Origin: Actinomycetes bacterium
GTDB taxonomy: Bacteria; Actinomycetota; Actinomycetes; S36-B12
Assembly: GCA_037143955.1 (NCBI GenBank)
Contig: JBAWXR010000003.1
Coordinates: 1 to 35,140 of the forward strand
Reading direction: 5' to 3'
DNA length: 35,140 bases
Position 1 is the first letter of the stretch. Each line of letters begins with the position of its first letter. Below are positions 1 to 9,876 of the stretch, in pieces. The notes beneath the pieces were generated by a model. That model worked only from the letters and a program-made list of their open reading frames with translations, searched no databases and had not been told where the DNA came from. The position numbers and the translations under genes were made by a program.

Positions 1-718
1 CCGTGATGAAGATCGGGAGACCCACCTCAAGAGCTCCGTAGCCGCTCATGAGCAGCACCACGGCCATGATCAGCACTCGGCGCAGCAGGCGATCAGACAG
101 CACCTCGCGGTAGCCACCAACACCTGCGGGCTCCGACTCGTCGCGCGGCACTGGACCCACGCCGACACCGCGCAGGAAGATCAGGAGCACGGCCACATAC
201 AGCAGGAACGTGCATGCATCCACGACATAAAGAATCTGAAACGTGCGTAAGACCGTCACGGACACGATCAGCGCGGCGACAAGTCCCCCGACACCAAGGC
301 CCAGATTGAGGAGCATGAACTGGATACCGAACACGCGTTCACGCTGACCTGGGTCGGATACGCGTCCGAGGAATGCTGATTGAGAAGGCCATGCCGTCGC
401 AGTTCCTACCGCGACAACCGTGGTCACCATGAATGCTCGAGGAGTCGAATCGACGGTGGCGATGAGCGCAACGCCCACCGCTTGAACCAAAAGACCAATG
501 ATGAGGACAGGCTTGGGACCGAAGTGATCGGCTGCCATTCCGACAAGTGGGAACACCGCGAGCGATGCCACCGCCGTGTACCCGATCACGAGCCCCGCGA
601 CCGTGGCTCCTAGGCCACGCACCTGGCCCAGGTAGATCACGAGGAGTGGAAAGGTCAGTCCGCCGCCCACTGACGACAGGGCCACGCCGAGCAGGATCCG
701 CCGTGCGTGCGTGGTCAC
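1..718 (-). CDS. MFS transporter (3' end runs off the window)
   Basis: Not in the ORF track; manual minus-strand translation from GTG 718: VTTHARRILLGVALSSVGGGLTFPLLVIYLGQVRG...GMAADHFGPKPVL (MFS motif A)...FGIQFMLLNLGLGVGGLVAA...GGYREVLSDRLLRR, open to position 1. Start codon inferred. Confidence 0.85.
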   Translation of the reverse strand, partial: MTTHARRILLGVALSSVGGGLTFPLLVIYLGQVRGLGATVAGLVIGYTAVASLAVFPLVGMAADHFGPKPVLIIGLLVQAVGVALIATVDSTPRAFMVTTVVAVGTATAWPSQSAFLGRVSDPGQRERVFGIQFMLLNLGLGVGGLVAALIVSVTVLRTFQILYVVDACTFLLYVAVLLIFLRGVGVGPVPRDESEPAGVGGYREVLSDRLLRRVLIMAVVLLMSGYGALEVGLPIFIT

Positions 719-823
719 CCCTGCATCAGAGCACGCGGCCAACCACAGCGTCCAGTTGCACACTGCCTGCTTCGGGGCGATACACATCCCGGCCGCACGT
801 TGTCTGCCGCAACCTGCGGATAG

Positions 824-1909
824 TTAGGCGGCTGACCGCCAGGTCACGAGCGTGCGTCCCCGACCGTCCCGAAGCTCTACGGTGCTGTCGGCACTGAGCG
901 CACGCGCAAAGGTGACCATGCCACCGGTTTGGACGATTCGAGTTGTACTCGTCACCGCGCCATCCGCTGCACGCGTGACCCGTATGGTCACCTTCGATCC
1001 GCGACGCAGGCGCGTCGCCACAGTCGCCGACATGACTCCGGCGGGAGACACACGTGAGCGAATCACGCGAACACCCTGCGCTACCTTCTGCGCCGCGACC
1101 GAGGTCGCCGGTGCGGTTGCCGCATCAGGCGTGATCACCGCGGGATTGGTGGCCGGCGCGCTCGCGGGTGCCGTGCAGGGGCGATCGAGATACATGGTGC
1201 GAAGACCAGCAAGGTCACCTGGACTGAACTTGCCCTGATTGTTGGGAAGGCCGCCTTGCGGATACATGATCGACGTGAAGTCCTCGACATGTCCGAACCC
1301 CATGGCGTGCATCGACTCATGAATCACCAAGGCCACCCGGCCCGGGCCGTCCCTGTATGAATACCAACCCGGACCAAGATCGGGACGCGGCCACTCAAGG
1401 TGCCGCCAGTCCCAGCCCAGCCACTTGTTGAGCGTCCAATCGGACTTCGTATCGAACGTGACGTATCCCTTGTTCCACCCGGTGAATCCGCCGTAGCCCG
1501 CTGCATTCGGGTGGCCTTGCGCGGTGAGATCACCCCAGCGAAACACGAGATCCGAAGGCGATCCAGCAGGAGCCTCAGTGAAGGTCAGACCCGTGAGAGG
1601 CTGAAGTGCGGCAAGCCCTGTGCGCACGTCATCGATCATCGAGTTGCGGCCCGGGTCCTCGCCACTGCGATCAAAAGACCACCGCACTGTCTGACAGGGC
1701 AGATAGGTCGCTGACGTCGAGAGCGGTCGCCATCCGTCATTAAATGTCTGCCCCGCGGCGACGGTCCACCGCTCCCCCACGCCTGGCGTGCCAGCCGCCA
1801 ACGCCGCGGGACTACTCGCAACACACAGCGCGAACAAAATTGATGAGAGTGCCGCTGCCAATGCAGACGTCACGCGCCGACGTCCGCTCGTCAGCCTGGA
1901 CGGCTTCAT
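824..1909 (-). CDS. Secreted matrixin/M10-like zinc metalloprotease (metzincin)
   Basis: HESMHAMGFGH (HExxHxxGxxH) plus SIMYP Met-turn; N-terminal signal peptide; Pro/Ala/Thr linker and C-terminal beta-rich domain. Start moved to ATG 1909, which overlaps the upstream stop (ATGA 1906-1909). Confidence 0.85.
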   Translation of the reverse strand: MKPSRLTSGRRRVTSALAAALSSILFALCVASSPAALAAGTPGVGERWTVAAGQTFNDGWRPLSTSATYLPCQTVRWSFDRSGEDPGRNSMIDDVRTGLAALQPLTGLTFTEAPAGSPSDLVFRWGDLTAQGHPNAAGYGGFTGWNKGYVTFDTKSDWTLNKWLGWDWRHLEWPRPDLGPGWYSYRDGPGRVALVIHESMHAMGFGHVEDFTSIMYPQGGLPNNQGKFSPGDLAGLRTMYLDRPCTAPASAPATNPAVITPDAATAPATSVAAQKVAQGVRVIRSRVSPAGVMSATVATRLRRGSKVTIRVTRAADGAVTSTTRIVQTGGMVTFARALSADSTVELRDGRGRTLVTWRSAA

Positions 1910-3468
1910 CGCGATAGCACGTACTGCGCCGCGTTGTGCCCGGGAATTCCGGAAACGCCACCACCCCGACGTGCACCTGAGCCGCATATCGCGACGTTGG
2001 GTAGATCGGTCTCAACACCCCACGTGCCGACCAGTGAATCATCGTCCACAAAGGGCCAGTCCAATGGCGTGTGGAAGATGTTGCCGGTGGGTATGCCTAA
2101 TGCACTTTCGATATCGACAGTGGTGTTGACCTCGATGCACGGTGCGCCCGATGCATCGCGCCACAGGCAGTCTTCGATTGGCTCGGCCAGCACGGAATTC
2201 AGGCTGGCCACCACTGCGTCCAATGCGCTCTGCCGCATCGTCGCATTGTCATGCGCGAACAATGAATGGGGAGTGTGCAGGGCAAACACCGTCAGCGTCT
2301 GTGCGCCGGCGTCCCGCAGCTGCGGCCCCAGGATGGACGGGTCGGTGAGGCTGTGGCAATAGATCTCCGCTGGGACTGGTGACGGCATACGCCCATGCGA
2401 CGCCGCAACGAACGCTGCCTCCAACTGTGTGTACGACTCGTTGATGTGGAATGTGCCAGCAAAGGCATCACGTGGATCAACAGACGCATCCTTCAGTCGC
2501 GGCAGTCGACTCAACAACATGTTCACCTTGACCTGTGCCCCGCCCTCGAGATCTGACACAGGTGCGGTCTGTGTGCGACCAAGGAGCCGCTCCAGGACAG
2601 CCGGCGCGACATTGGCCAATACGTCGGTGCACTGGAATGTCTCCTCGCGACCTTCGATCATTGCCGTCACGGTTGCGTGTGTGCCGTCGCTGCTAATCGA
2701 CGTGACGGGTGCGTCTACCCGAATATCAACGCCCAGACTTGTGGCCCGTTCGGTGAGAGCAGAGATGAGCGCACCCATACCGCCCACCGGCACATCCCAG
2801 TCGCCCGTGCCATTACCGATCACGTGGTAGAGGAAGCAGATGTTCTGATGCAAAGACTCATCGTGTGCGCTGGCAAAGGTGCCGATGAGCGCATCTGTTA
2901 AGACAATCCCGCGCACAACGTCGTTGTCGAACGTGCTCTCGAGAATCTCGCCAAGCGGCCGTTCGATGAAGTCTCGCCAGACCTCGTCATCCGCGACCAG
3001 GTCCTTCAGCTGTGCACGAGACATCAGCGGCTGCGTCAACGTGGGAAACATTTTGACGGCGAGGTCTGTCGTGCGATCGTAGAAGGCACTCCACGCGCGT
3101 GCGTCCGACGTAGAACCAGTCAGTCGCTGCATATGGTCGTCCAAGGTGAGGTCGTAGTCGACCGGCACTGCAAGTCCGCGCGTGGGATCTTCGGGATCGG
3201 GCGTGTAAGACGAAATGCCGCGACGAATCGTTGTGAGGTCAATTCCCAGTTCCTCGCGGATCTTCATCGGCAGGAGAGAGATCAGGTAGGAGTACTTGGA
3301 AAGGCGCGCATCCACGCCGTCGAATACCTTCGCCGACACAGACGCACCCCCGAGCACCGGCCGCGCTTCGAGGACCGTCACCCTCCTGCCCGCCATCGCC
3401 AGGTAGCAGGCGGCCACCAGACCGTTATGGCCGCCGCCGACGACCACGCAGTCAGTTGTGGTCGCCAT
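1906..3468 (-). CDS. Phytoene dehydrogenase-like NAD(P)/FAD-dependent oxidoreductase (substrate unknown)
   Basis: VVVGGGHNGLVAACYLA Rossmann motif, LEAR...LGGA, GGMG, C-terminal GSGARRGGGVSGIPGHNAA typical of the COG1233 family. Confidence 0.85.
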   Translation of the reverse strand: MATTTDCVVVGGGHNGLVAACYLAMAGRRVTVLEARPVLGGASVSAKVFDGVDARLSKYSYLISLLPMKIREELGIDLTTIRRGISSYTPDPEDPTRGLAVPVDYDLTLDDHMQRLTGSTSDARAWSAFYDRTTDLAVKMFPTLTQPLMSRAQLKDLVADDEVWRDFIERPLGEILESTFDNDVVRGIVLTDALIGTFASAHDESLHQNICFLYHVIGNGTGDWDVPVGGMGALISALTERATSLGVDIRVDAPVTSISSDGTHATVTAMIEGREETFQCTDVLANVAPAVLERLLGRTQTAPVSDLEGGAQVKVNMLLSRLPRLKDASVDPRDAFAGTFHINESYTQLEAAFVAASHGRMPSPVPAEIYCHSLTDPSILGPQLRDAGAQTLTVFALHTPHSLFAHDNATMRQSALDAVVASLNSVLAEPIEDCLWRDASGAPCIEVNTTVDIESALGIPTGNIFHTPLDWPFVDDDSLVGTWGVETDLPNVAICGSGARRGGGVSGIPGHNAAQYVLSR

Positions 3469-3547
3469 GTCAGATTCCCTTCAGGCCCATGTCTCGATAG
3501 TAGAACGATGTGACGTTTGGTCACCATTGAAGTCGGTACAGTTCCGC

Positions 3548-4891
3548 ATGCCCAAATCGCTCTTCCAGCTGATTCGCGAATCGCCTTACCGGGGGCTTTT
3601 CCTTGGGGAGGGCTTGCAGGGCTTCGCGGTGGCGGCCATCGCGACCGCCATGATCATTAATGTTGCCAGCGCGACGGGAAATGCTGCGCTCGCCGTCGGA
3701 GTTTCCGCCGCACTGTCGGTGGCGGCCCTTGCCGTCTCGCCACTGGTGACCCCGGCTCTAGCCAAGTACACCTTCTTTCAGTCGCTCGTATGGACCTACC
3801 TGCTCGCCGCAGCCGTACTGGTTGTGACCAGCCCGCTGTTCTTCGTCAACATCGGCGTCCTTCCCCTGTCCTTCGCCCTCATGCTGATCCTTGGCGCCAC
3901 CAACTCGTTCCACACGCCCGCGCTATACGCCACATTGGATTGGTTCGTCGGCAAAGAGAACCTGCCGCGAGCAATCTCGTCGGTGAATCTGCGTGCCGGC
4001 ATCGGGTGGGTGGCGGGCCCTATCGTCGGCGGGTTGCTGGCCGGCCTGCACAACGGTGCCGTGCTGATGCTTATCGTCGCCGCTGCCTACGTGGCAGCGA
4101 CCCTGCCCTACCTCGCCAACCGTGCGCTCTTCGCACAGCGGCAGGCCGAGCTTGAGGCCCGCAAGTCGAGCGAGCCAAGCTGCGTTGCTGATGCAGCCGA
4201 AGACGGTGTCGTGGCGTACGCCGGGCACAACCCCTGCCAGTGCATGCAAGCACCCGTTACTAACTCGTGGTCATTCCTCACGGTGCTCACCGTTCCGCGA
4301 CTGGCCTTCACCATCGCGATCTTCATCGCCATCTACTTCTTCCTCGGCGCCTTCACGAGTCTCATGACTCCCTGGTCCATCATCGATCTGGGACTGGCCA
4401 AGATGATGGCGGGCATCGTCATCACGGTGCGATCGCTCGCGTCCTTGCCCGGCGTCGTCATCATCAACCCGATCCAAGAGCGCCTAGGAATGGGACGCAC
4501 GTTGGTGCTGAGCACTATCGCGCTATGCATCGCCGCACTCGCGGCCGGACTATGCCACCAGTGGGGAGTGACGGCGGCAATCGCGGTGGCCGTCTTCGGA
4601 CTCATCTTCTACCCGCTGGTCAACAGCCTGCTGCAAAGCCTCATCACCATCGTGTTCGGTGAGGAGTACCGCGTGCCCGGGCAGACCCTCATCGCCTTCA
4701 GCAAAGGGGTCGTCGCCATCGCCTACCTCGGCGTGGGTGTGCTGGCCAACCACATTGGCGTCAATGTTGCTTTCATGATCACGGCAGTGCTCGGCACGAT
4801 CGTCATTGTGGGCATGCGCCTAGTGACTCGCTCTCGCTGGAACGACGTCATGCAGACCTACAACGACAACCTCAAGGTGCTAGCCCGCTGA
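3548..4891 (+). CDS. MFS transporter
   Basis: About 12 hydrophobic segments, GWVAGPIVGGLL motif, QERLGMGR second-half motif A. Start moved to ATG 3548, 5 nt after a TACAGT -10-like hexamer, which avoids overlap with the divergent gene. Confidence 0.8.
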   Translation: MPKSLFQLIRESPYRGLFLGEGLQGFAVAAIATAMIINVASATGNAALAVGVSAALSVAALAVSPLVTPALAKYTFFQSLVWTYLLAAAVLVVTSPLFFVNIGVLPLSFALMLILGATNSFHTPALYATLDWFVGKENLPRAISSVNLRAGIGWVAGPIVGGLLAGLHNGAVLMLIVAAAYVAATLPYLANRALFAQRQAELEARKSSEPSCVADAAEDGVVAYAGHNPCQCMQAPVTNSWSFLTVLTVPRLAFTIAIFIAIYFFLGAFTSLMTPWSIIDLGLAKMMAGIVITVRSLASLPGVVIINPIQERLGMGRTLVLSTIALCIAALAAGLCHQWGVTAAIAVAVFGLIFYPLVNSLLQSLITIVFGEEYRVPGQTLIAFSKGVVAIAYLGVGVLANHIGVNVAFMITAVLGTIVIVGMRLVTRSRWNDVMQTYNDNLKVLAR

Positions 4892-5944
4892 GTTGAACGC
4901 TGCGATCGACAGTGGAGTGCCGGCGTACAACTGCACACCCAGCAGACTGAAGGGCGCCGCGGTGTACAGGTACCAGGACGTGCCATCAATGCCGAGCGCC
5001 TTGGAATCGGCATAGGTCTGCTTGATCAGCGCGGCACCCTCGGCATCGGTGTACTTGCGACCCGGAGTGGGACCTGGGCCCGCGACTCCATAGTTGACCT
5101 CAGTGTCGTAGATCAACTTCTTCAGGCCCGCGGACTTCGACGGCAGAGCACCGACGACAACGCTCTCCCAGTTGAGAATGTCCGCAACACGACCCGAAGG
5201 GCCCTTGTTGCCAGCAGGGTACGTGTGGATGGCATAGCCGTCGTAGGGGAAACCGACCGCACCGAGCGCCTTGACGTACGGCGTGACGAACTTCTTCATC
5301 GCAGGGCGCAGGCGCGTGGTGACAGAAGCGGCCAGGACGAGCGCATTGGGGTTTGCCGCCTTGATGATGTCGTTGGCGGCCTTGGTCATCTGTGCCATCT
5401 CCGTGGGACTGCCGGCCCAGAAGGTCTTGAGGTTCGCCTCGTTCCACACTTCGTAGGCCACGATGCGGGTGCCGTACTGCTTCACGACCGCGCTGACGTA
5501 ATCGGTCCAGTAGGACATCTGCGCCGGCGCACTCGCCGTGCCAAGACCCCAGCGAGGATCACCCTGATTCGGGTTCTTAGCCGCCCACGTGGGCGTGAGA
5601 CCGAGGACGAGCATGGGCTTGAAGCCCGCCTTCTCAGACGCAGAAATCTGCGCATCAAGATTCGCGAAGTTGAAAACGCCCTTGGCAGGATTGACGTCCT
5701 TCCATGCCACGCCCAGATCCCAAATGCGCGCAAGCCCCGCTTGAACTGGCAATGGACCAGACATGCCGACCTCGGGTGCCACCTCAATGTTGCGAACGTA
5801 CGCAGCGGGCCCGGTAGTGCGCTGCAACTGCGCGATGCCCCCGGTGCGGATTCCTTGCGTGTCTCCCGTGGCTGCCTGAGCAAGCGGGGCCGCAACGATT
5901 GATGCGAGCACAACGGACATGACGACGAGAGTTTTTGAGCGCAT
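4880..5944 (-). CDS. Secreted clan GH-A glycoside hydrolase (GH39/GH5-like)
   Basis: Signal peptide ending AQA; RIWD...W, YEVWNEAN (acid/base Glu), HTY, IYDTEVNYG (nucleophile Glu), SWY. Confidence 0.8.
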   Translation of the reverse strand: MRSKTLVVMSVVLASIVAAPLAQAATGDTQGIRTGGIAQLQRTTGPAAYVRNIEVAPEVGMSGPLPVQAGLARIWDLGVAWKDVNPAKGVFNFANLDAQISASEKAGFKPMLVLGLTPTWAAKNPNQGDPRWGLGTASAPAQMSYWTDYVSAVVKQYGTRIVAYEVWNEANLKTFWAGSPTEMAQMTKAANDIIKAANPNALVLAASVTTRLRPAMKKFVTPYVKALGAVGFPYDGYAIHTYPAGNKGPSGRVADILNWESVVVGALPSKSAGLKKLIYDTEVNYGVAGPGPTPGRKYTDAEGAALIKQTYADSKALGIDGTSWYLYTAAPFSLLGVQLYAGTPLSIAAFNSAG

Positions 5945-5997
5945 GCCTTGACGATACCTGACGCTCGAGCTCGCGCCGTGCCTCCAACAGCGAAGAC

Positions 5998-7413
5998 TCA
6001 GGCAACGATTTCGATGGTGGCAAGTGTGGGATCGCTGCTGTAGGCCACGCGTCCTGTGCGACCGGCAATGTGCACCGCCTCAATCAGTTCGGCGGTCACG
6101 CGCTCTCCTGGGGCAATCAGGGGAACACCCGGTGGATAGGGCGTGAACTGCTCAGCACTGATCTCGCCGGCCGCGTCGGTCAAGGCAATGCGACGGCGCG
6201 GCGCGAAGTACGCGTCTCGGGGCGTCATCGCGACTTCGGGTTCCACACGCCACACCGCTGTGGGCGAGGCTTCGCGCGCCGGTCCGCGCATCGACTCGAT
6301 CATGTTGATCATGAGTGTGGTCATGTCATCAACGAATGCCGGGTCATCGGCAATGGTGAAGGTCAACACCAAAGTGTCCTGATCCGCGGTCTCTGCTCCG
6401 TGTCCGATATCCCACAGACGTTCGGCCATGTCCGTACCCACCACACCCGTGCGTGGAAGCCACAGGGTGAGCTTCAAGGGATCGACGGCGCAGTCGACCG
6501 TACTTTCGTCGATCACGACCACGCCGACCACTCGCGCCAGATTGCGACGCGCACGAGCAACCGCCTCAATGAGGGGATCGAATGCCGATGACCCCGCGCG
6601 CTCAAGCACCGCACGCGTTGCGTCAATCGAGGCCAGCAAGGTTCCCGAAGGAGATGTTGTGCCGACCAGATCCACACAACGATCCAGCGCCGCACGACTC
6701 ACGAGTCCGTCACGCATCGTGACCGTCGCCGTCTGGGTGTATCCCAGCAGCGCTTTGTGCACGCTGGTGATGGCGAGGTCAGCACCATTGACGATGGCAC
6801 CTCGACCCGACAGAAAGTCCAGGTGTGCACCCCATGCCTGGTCGACCACCAGGGGAAGGCCGCGGGCATGGACGATCTCTGCGAGCGCGGCCACGTCAGT
6901 GATGCTGCCTACGTATGACGGTGACGTGATGAACACCGCGGTGGCATCGGGTGGAATGTCCGCGAGGCTGCTCGTGGGCATGCCCACAGGGATACCGAAT
7001 TCAGGATGAATCGTGGGATAGATCCACACTGGTCGGGCGCCGGTAACAACAAGTGCGGCTTGCACGCTTCTATGTGAGGTACGGTCCATGACGATGGGCT
7101 CACCCGGGCGACCCACTGTCGTGAGTGCTGAGATATTTCCCTGGGTTGAGCCTCCGACGAGAAAGCGTGCGTGATCTCCCCCAATGGCATGGGCCCACAG
7201 TTCCTCGGCCGTCGCGAGGTAGCCCTGGGAGTACGCGTTGTCGTCGACCCCGCCCTGCATAGGAATGTCGTCGCGCACCAACGGACCCAGGAGGTCAGCG
7301 CCGATCGCGTCGTGGGTGAAGCGATACCGACCCTTGTGCCCGGGAATCTGCATCGAATGCGCTGCGCGGTCGCGAGTGGCAAGCCACGCGCGGGCCAGAG
7401 GTGCTTCGGTCAT
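5998..7413 (-). CDS. PLP-dependent Orn/Lys/Arg decarboxylase (short form without wing domain)
   Basis: PGHKG, LVGGSTQGN, DRTSHRS, TSPSYVG, DQAWGAH, SVHK (PLP lysine), TTSPS, PYPPGVP motifs. Confidence 0.88.
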   Translation of the reverse strand: MTEAPLARAWLATRDRAAHSMQIPGHKGRYRFTHDAIGADLLGPLVRDDIPMQGGVDDNAYSQGYLATAEELWAHAIGGDHARFLVGGSTQGNISALTTVGRPGEPIVMDRTSHRSVQAALVVTGARPVWIYPTIHPEFGIPVGMPTSSLADIPPDATAVFITSPSYVGSITDVAALAEIVHARGLPLVVDQAWGAHLDFLSGRGAIVNGADLAITSVHKALLGYTQTATVTMRDGLVSRAALDRCVDLVGTTSPSGTLLASIDATRAVLERAGSSAFDPLIEAVARARRNLARVVGVVVIDESTVDCAVDPLKLTLWLPRTGVVGTDMAERLWDIGHGAETADQDTLVLTFTIADDPAFVDDMTTLMINMIESMRGPAREASPTAVWRVEPEVAMTPRDAYFAPRRRIALTDAAGEISAEQFTPYPPGVPLIAPGERVTAELIEAVHIAGRTGRVAYSSDPTLATIEIVA

Positions 7414-8990
7414 ATCTCCTCCGTCCGCAACGCCGCGTCCCGCAGGTCGAGCGTACGCAGGATCTTGCGCGCAAGGGCGTCTGGGAGTCCGTCCTCACTT
7501 CTCATGCGCAGGACCTCCTCTTGCTCTGCACGGACCATGGCCCGGGCTGTCTGCACGAGAAGTTGCCCCTCGGTGCCACGCGCCAGCTCGTCATCGTCCG
7601 ATTGATCCTCGATGAGCCGTCGCTCGGCAACCTCGCGAAGGTGGTTGGAGATGGACATGGGCATCGGCGTACCCGCAGCCTCCAACGTCATTTCAATATC
7701 CGACAGTCGGTCAAGAGCTGCGCGTGCGAGCATCGCTTCCACACGCCTTGTGGCTTCGACCTCGTCTTCTGATGACACCTTGAGAGCGCGAGCGAGGGGA
7801 GCGATCGTCATCGACAGCACGACGGACACCACGATGACACAGAACGTCGTCGCCAGAATGACATCCCGATAGGGAACGGCCTGACCGGTCTCGTACACAA
7901 GCGGCACAGAGAACGCGGCCAGAGCCGAGACCGGGCCGCGTGATCCTGCCCAGGACGCGACGACAGCCCCGCGCCACAGCGCCTGCCGGTTGGGAAGCTG
8001 CGTGGCTGCGCGACCAAGAGCGACCATCGCGAACACGAAAATGAATCGAGTGGCGATCAGTGCGACCACGATCGCGGGCACAAGCAGGAAGACCTTGGAG
8101 GTGTTGGCCGCCATGAGATTGCCGACAACGCTCGACAGCTCAAGTCCCACCAGGAAATAGGCAAGAGACTGCAGGATGAAAGTGACGTGCTTCCACAGCG
8201 TGACGCTCTGGACGCGGCCAGTGTGCGCTGCAACCGCATTCTGCGCGTGGGCGATGACCAGTGCACTGACGACAACGGCAAGGATTCCTGAACCACGAAT
8301 CTCTTCGGCAGCCACGTAGAGCACAAAGGGAATGACGACAACGAACGAGTTGACGGCCACCACATCCGAGCTGCGTCGCAGCAGCCACGACGCCAAGAAC
8401 CCACCGACGGCACCTACCCCCACGCCGCCCACGACCGCTAGAACGAAGTACCCGGTGATCTGCAGTCCCGTCACACTTCCCGCTGCCGCTGCCACCACGG
8501 CAACTTTGAGCAGAGTCAGACCCGACCCGTCATTGACCAGGCTCTCGCCTTCGAGCACAGAGACGAGGTAGCGAGGCAGTCCGGCCTTGCGTGCGACCGA
8601 GCCCACCGCAACCGCATCCGTGGGAGCAAGGATCGCTCCGAGGGCAAAGGCGAGCGCCAAGGGAATGGCCACGATGGCGACGGTGACCCATCCGACAACC
8701 GCGGTGGTCGCGACGACAAGTCCGATGGCAAGAAGCATCACGGGGCGGCGTACGCGCCGAAGGTCGAGGTAGGACGAACTCAACGCCTCGCCGAAGACCA
8801 ACGGAGCGAGAACGACCACGAGGATTGTTTCGGGGTTGGGCGGCGCAGACGGCCCGAACGGCAGCGGGCCGATGACAGCGCCGGCAACGATGAGGAGGAG
8901 GGGTGCATTCCAATTCAGCCGTCTCGCCACGAGCGCAACCAGAACCGCAATGGCGGCGGCTCCGCCCAGAGTGATGAAGGTGTCGGTCAT
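7410..8990 (-). CDS. CPA1-family Na+(K+)/H+ antiporter (NhaP/YjcE-like)
   Basis: LAPTDAVAV, LEGESLVNDG, SGILAVV, WAGSRGPVS motifs; cytoplasmic C-terminal tail ending LDLRD. Confidence 0.9.
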   Translation of the reverse strand: MTDTFITLGGAAAIAVLVALVARRLNWNAPLLLIVAGAVIGPLPFGPSAPPNPETILVVVLAPLVFGEALSSSYLDLRRVRRPVMLLAIGLVVATTAVVGWVTVAIVAIPLALAFALGAILAPTDAVAVGSVARKAGLPRYLVSVLEGESLVNDGSGLTLLKVAVVAAAAGSVTGLQITGYFVLAVVGGVGVGAVGGFLASWLLRRSSDVVAVNSFVVVIPFVLYVAAEEIRGSGILAVVVSALVIAHAQNAVAAHTGRVQSVTLWKHVTFILQSLAYFLVGLELSSVVGNLMAANTSKVFLLVPAIVVALIATRFIFVFAMVALGRAATQLPNRQALWRGAVVASWAGSRGPVSALAAFSVPLVYETGQAVPYRDVILATTFCVIVVSVVLSMTIAPLARALKVSSEDEVEATRRVEAMLARAALDRLSDIEMTLEAAGTPMPMSISNHLREVAERRLIEDQSDDDELARGTEGQLLVQTARAMVRAEQEEVLRMRSEDGLPDALARKILRTLDLRDAALRTEEI

Positions 8991-9031
8991 GGCGGATAGA
9001 GCCTAGGCGCGCGGGGCGCCCTCGTGCGGCG

Positions 9032-9835
9032 TCAGGCCACTTGGAACGATCTCTTGGCCAGTCCGAAGAAGTAGCCCTCGATGACGGTGTCGACCGCTCG
9101 CGCAGGGTCGGTTGCGGCACCAAGAGTGATGAACAAGGGCAGTAGGTGCTCAGGTGTCGGGTGCGCAAAGGGCAGGCCGGGAGCCTTGTGTGCGTAATCC
9201 GCGAGGGAATCAACGTCGCCACTCTCGAGAGCCGCCTTAGCCCACAGGTCGAAGTCGACACTCCACCCCGGCGGCTCCGCCGCCGGACTCCAGTCGCGCA
9301 GGTACGGCAAGCCGTGGGTCAGAAATCCAGATCCAATGATGAGGACACCCTGCTCACGCAAGGGCTTGAGGGATCGCCCCAGGTCAAGCAATCGCTGCGG
9401 GTCCTGCGACGGAATCGACAGTTGTAGAACAGGAATGTCGGCGGACGGATACATCACTTTGAGCGGGACCCAGGCCCCGTGGTCGAGTCCACGGCTGGGG
9501 TGTTGCCGCAAGCCTTCTCGGGCGGGAAGGGCTGCCGCCACAAGCGACGCAAGATCGGTGGCATCCGGGGTTTCGTAGGTCATCTCGTAGAACCGGGGCG
9601 CGAAGCCGCCGAAGTCGTAGATAAGAGGGGTCGCTGCCAGTGGTGATGACAGTGTTGCCGGGGCAGATTCCCAATGGGCCGACACGATGAGGATTGCGGT
9701 AGGTGTTGGCAGGTTGGCTGCCCAGGAGCTCAACTGCCCCATCCACAGTGCATCGTCCAACAGGGGTGGGGCACCGTGGCCCAGGTACAGGGCTGGCATA
9801 GGTACTGCTGGCATATCGGCACGTGGACTGGACAC
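9032..9835 (-). CDS. DODA/YgiD-type (LigB superfamily) extradiol ring-cleavage dioxygenase
   Basis: YLGHGAP, VSAHW, IYDFGGF, RGLDHGAWVPL, GSGFLTH, AHPTPEH motifs. Start GTG 9835 inferred from promoter spacing (ATG 9814 is an alternative). Confidence 0.88.
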   Translation of the reverse strand: MSSPRADMPAVPMPALYLGHGAPPLLDDALWMGQLSSWAANLPTPTAILIVSAHWESAPATLSSPLAATPLIYDFGGFAPRFYEMTYETPDATDLASLVAAALPAREGLRQHPSRGLDHGAWVPLKVMYPSADIPVLQLSIPSQDPQRLLDLGRSLKPLREQGVLIIGSGFLTHGLPYLRDWSPAAEPPGWSVDFDLWAKAALESGDVDSLADYAHKAPGLPFAHPTPEHLLPLFITLGAATDPARAVDTVIEGYFFGLAKRSFQVA

Positions 9836-9841
9836 CGCCTC

Positions 9842-9876
9842 AGTGTCCCACAAGATAGTTGAGCAATCAACTATCT
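9842..9876 (-). promoter_or_regulatory. Promoter of the DODA-type gene with a perfect 10-bp palindromic operator over the -35
   Basis: AGATAGTTGA-GCAA-TCAACTATCT at 9853-9876; minus strand TTGATT (9870-9865)-N17-GACACT (9847-9842)-N6-GTG. Confidence 0.7.

Noticed and set aside
1906-3468. Carotenoid biosynthesis gene crtI
   Set aside because: Only family-level similarity; no crtB/crtE/crtY neighbours in the window.
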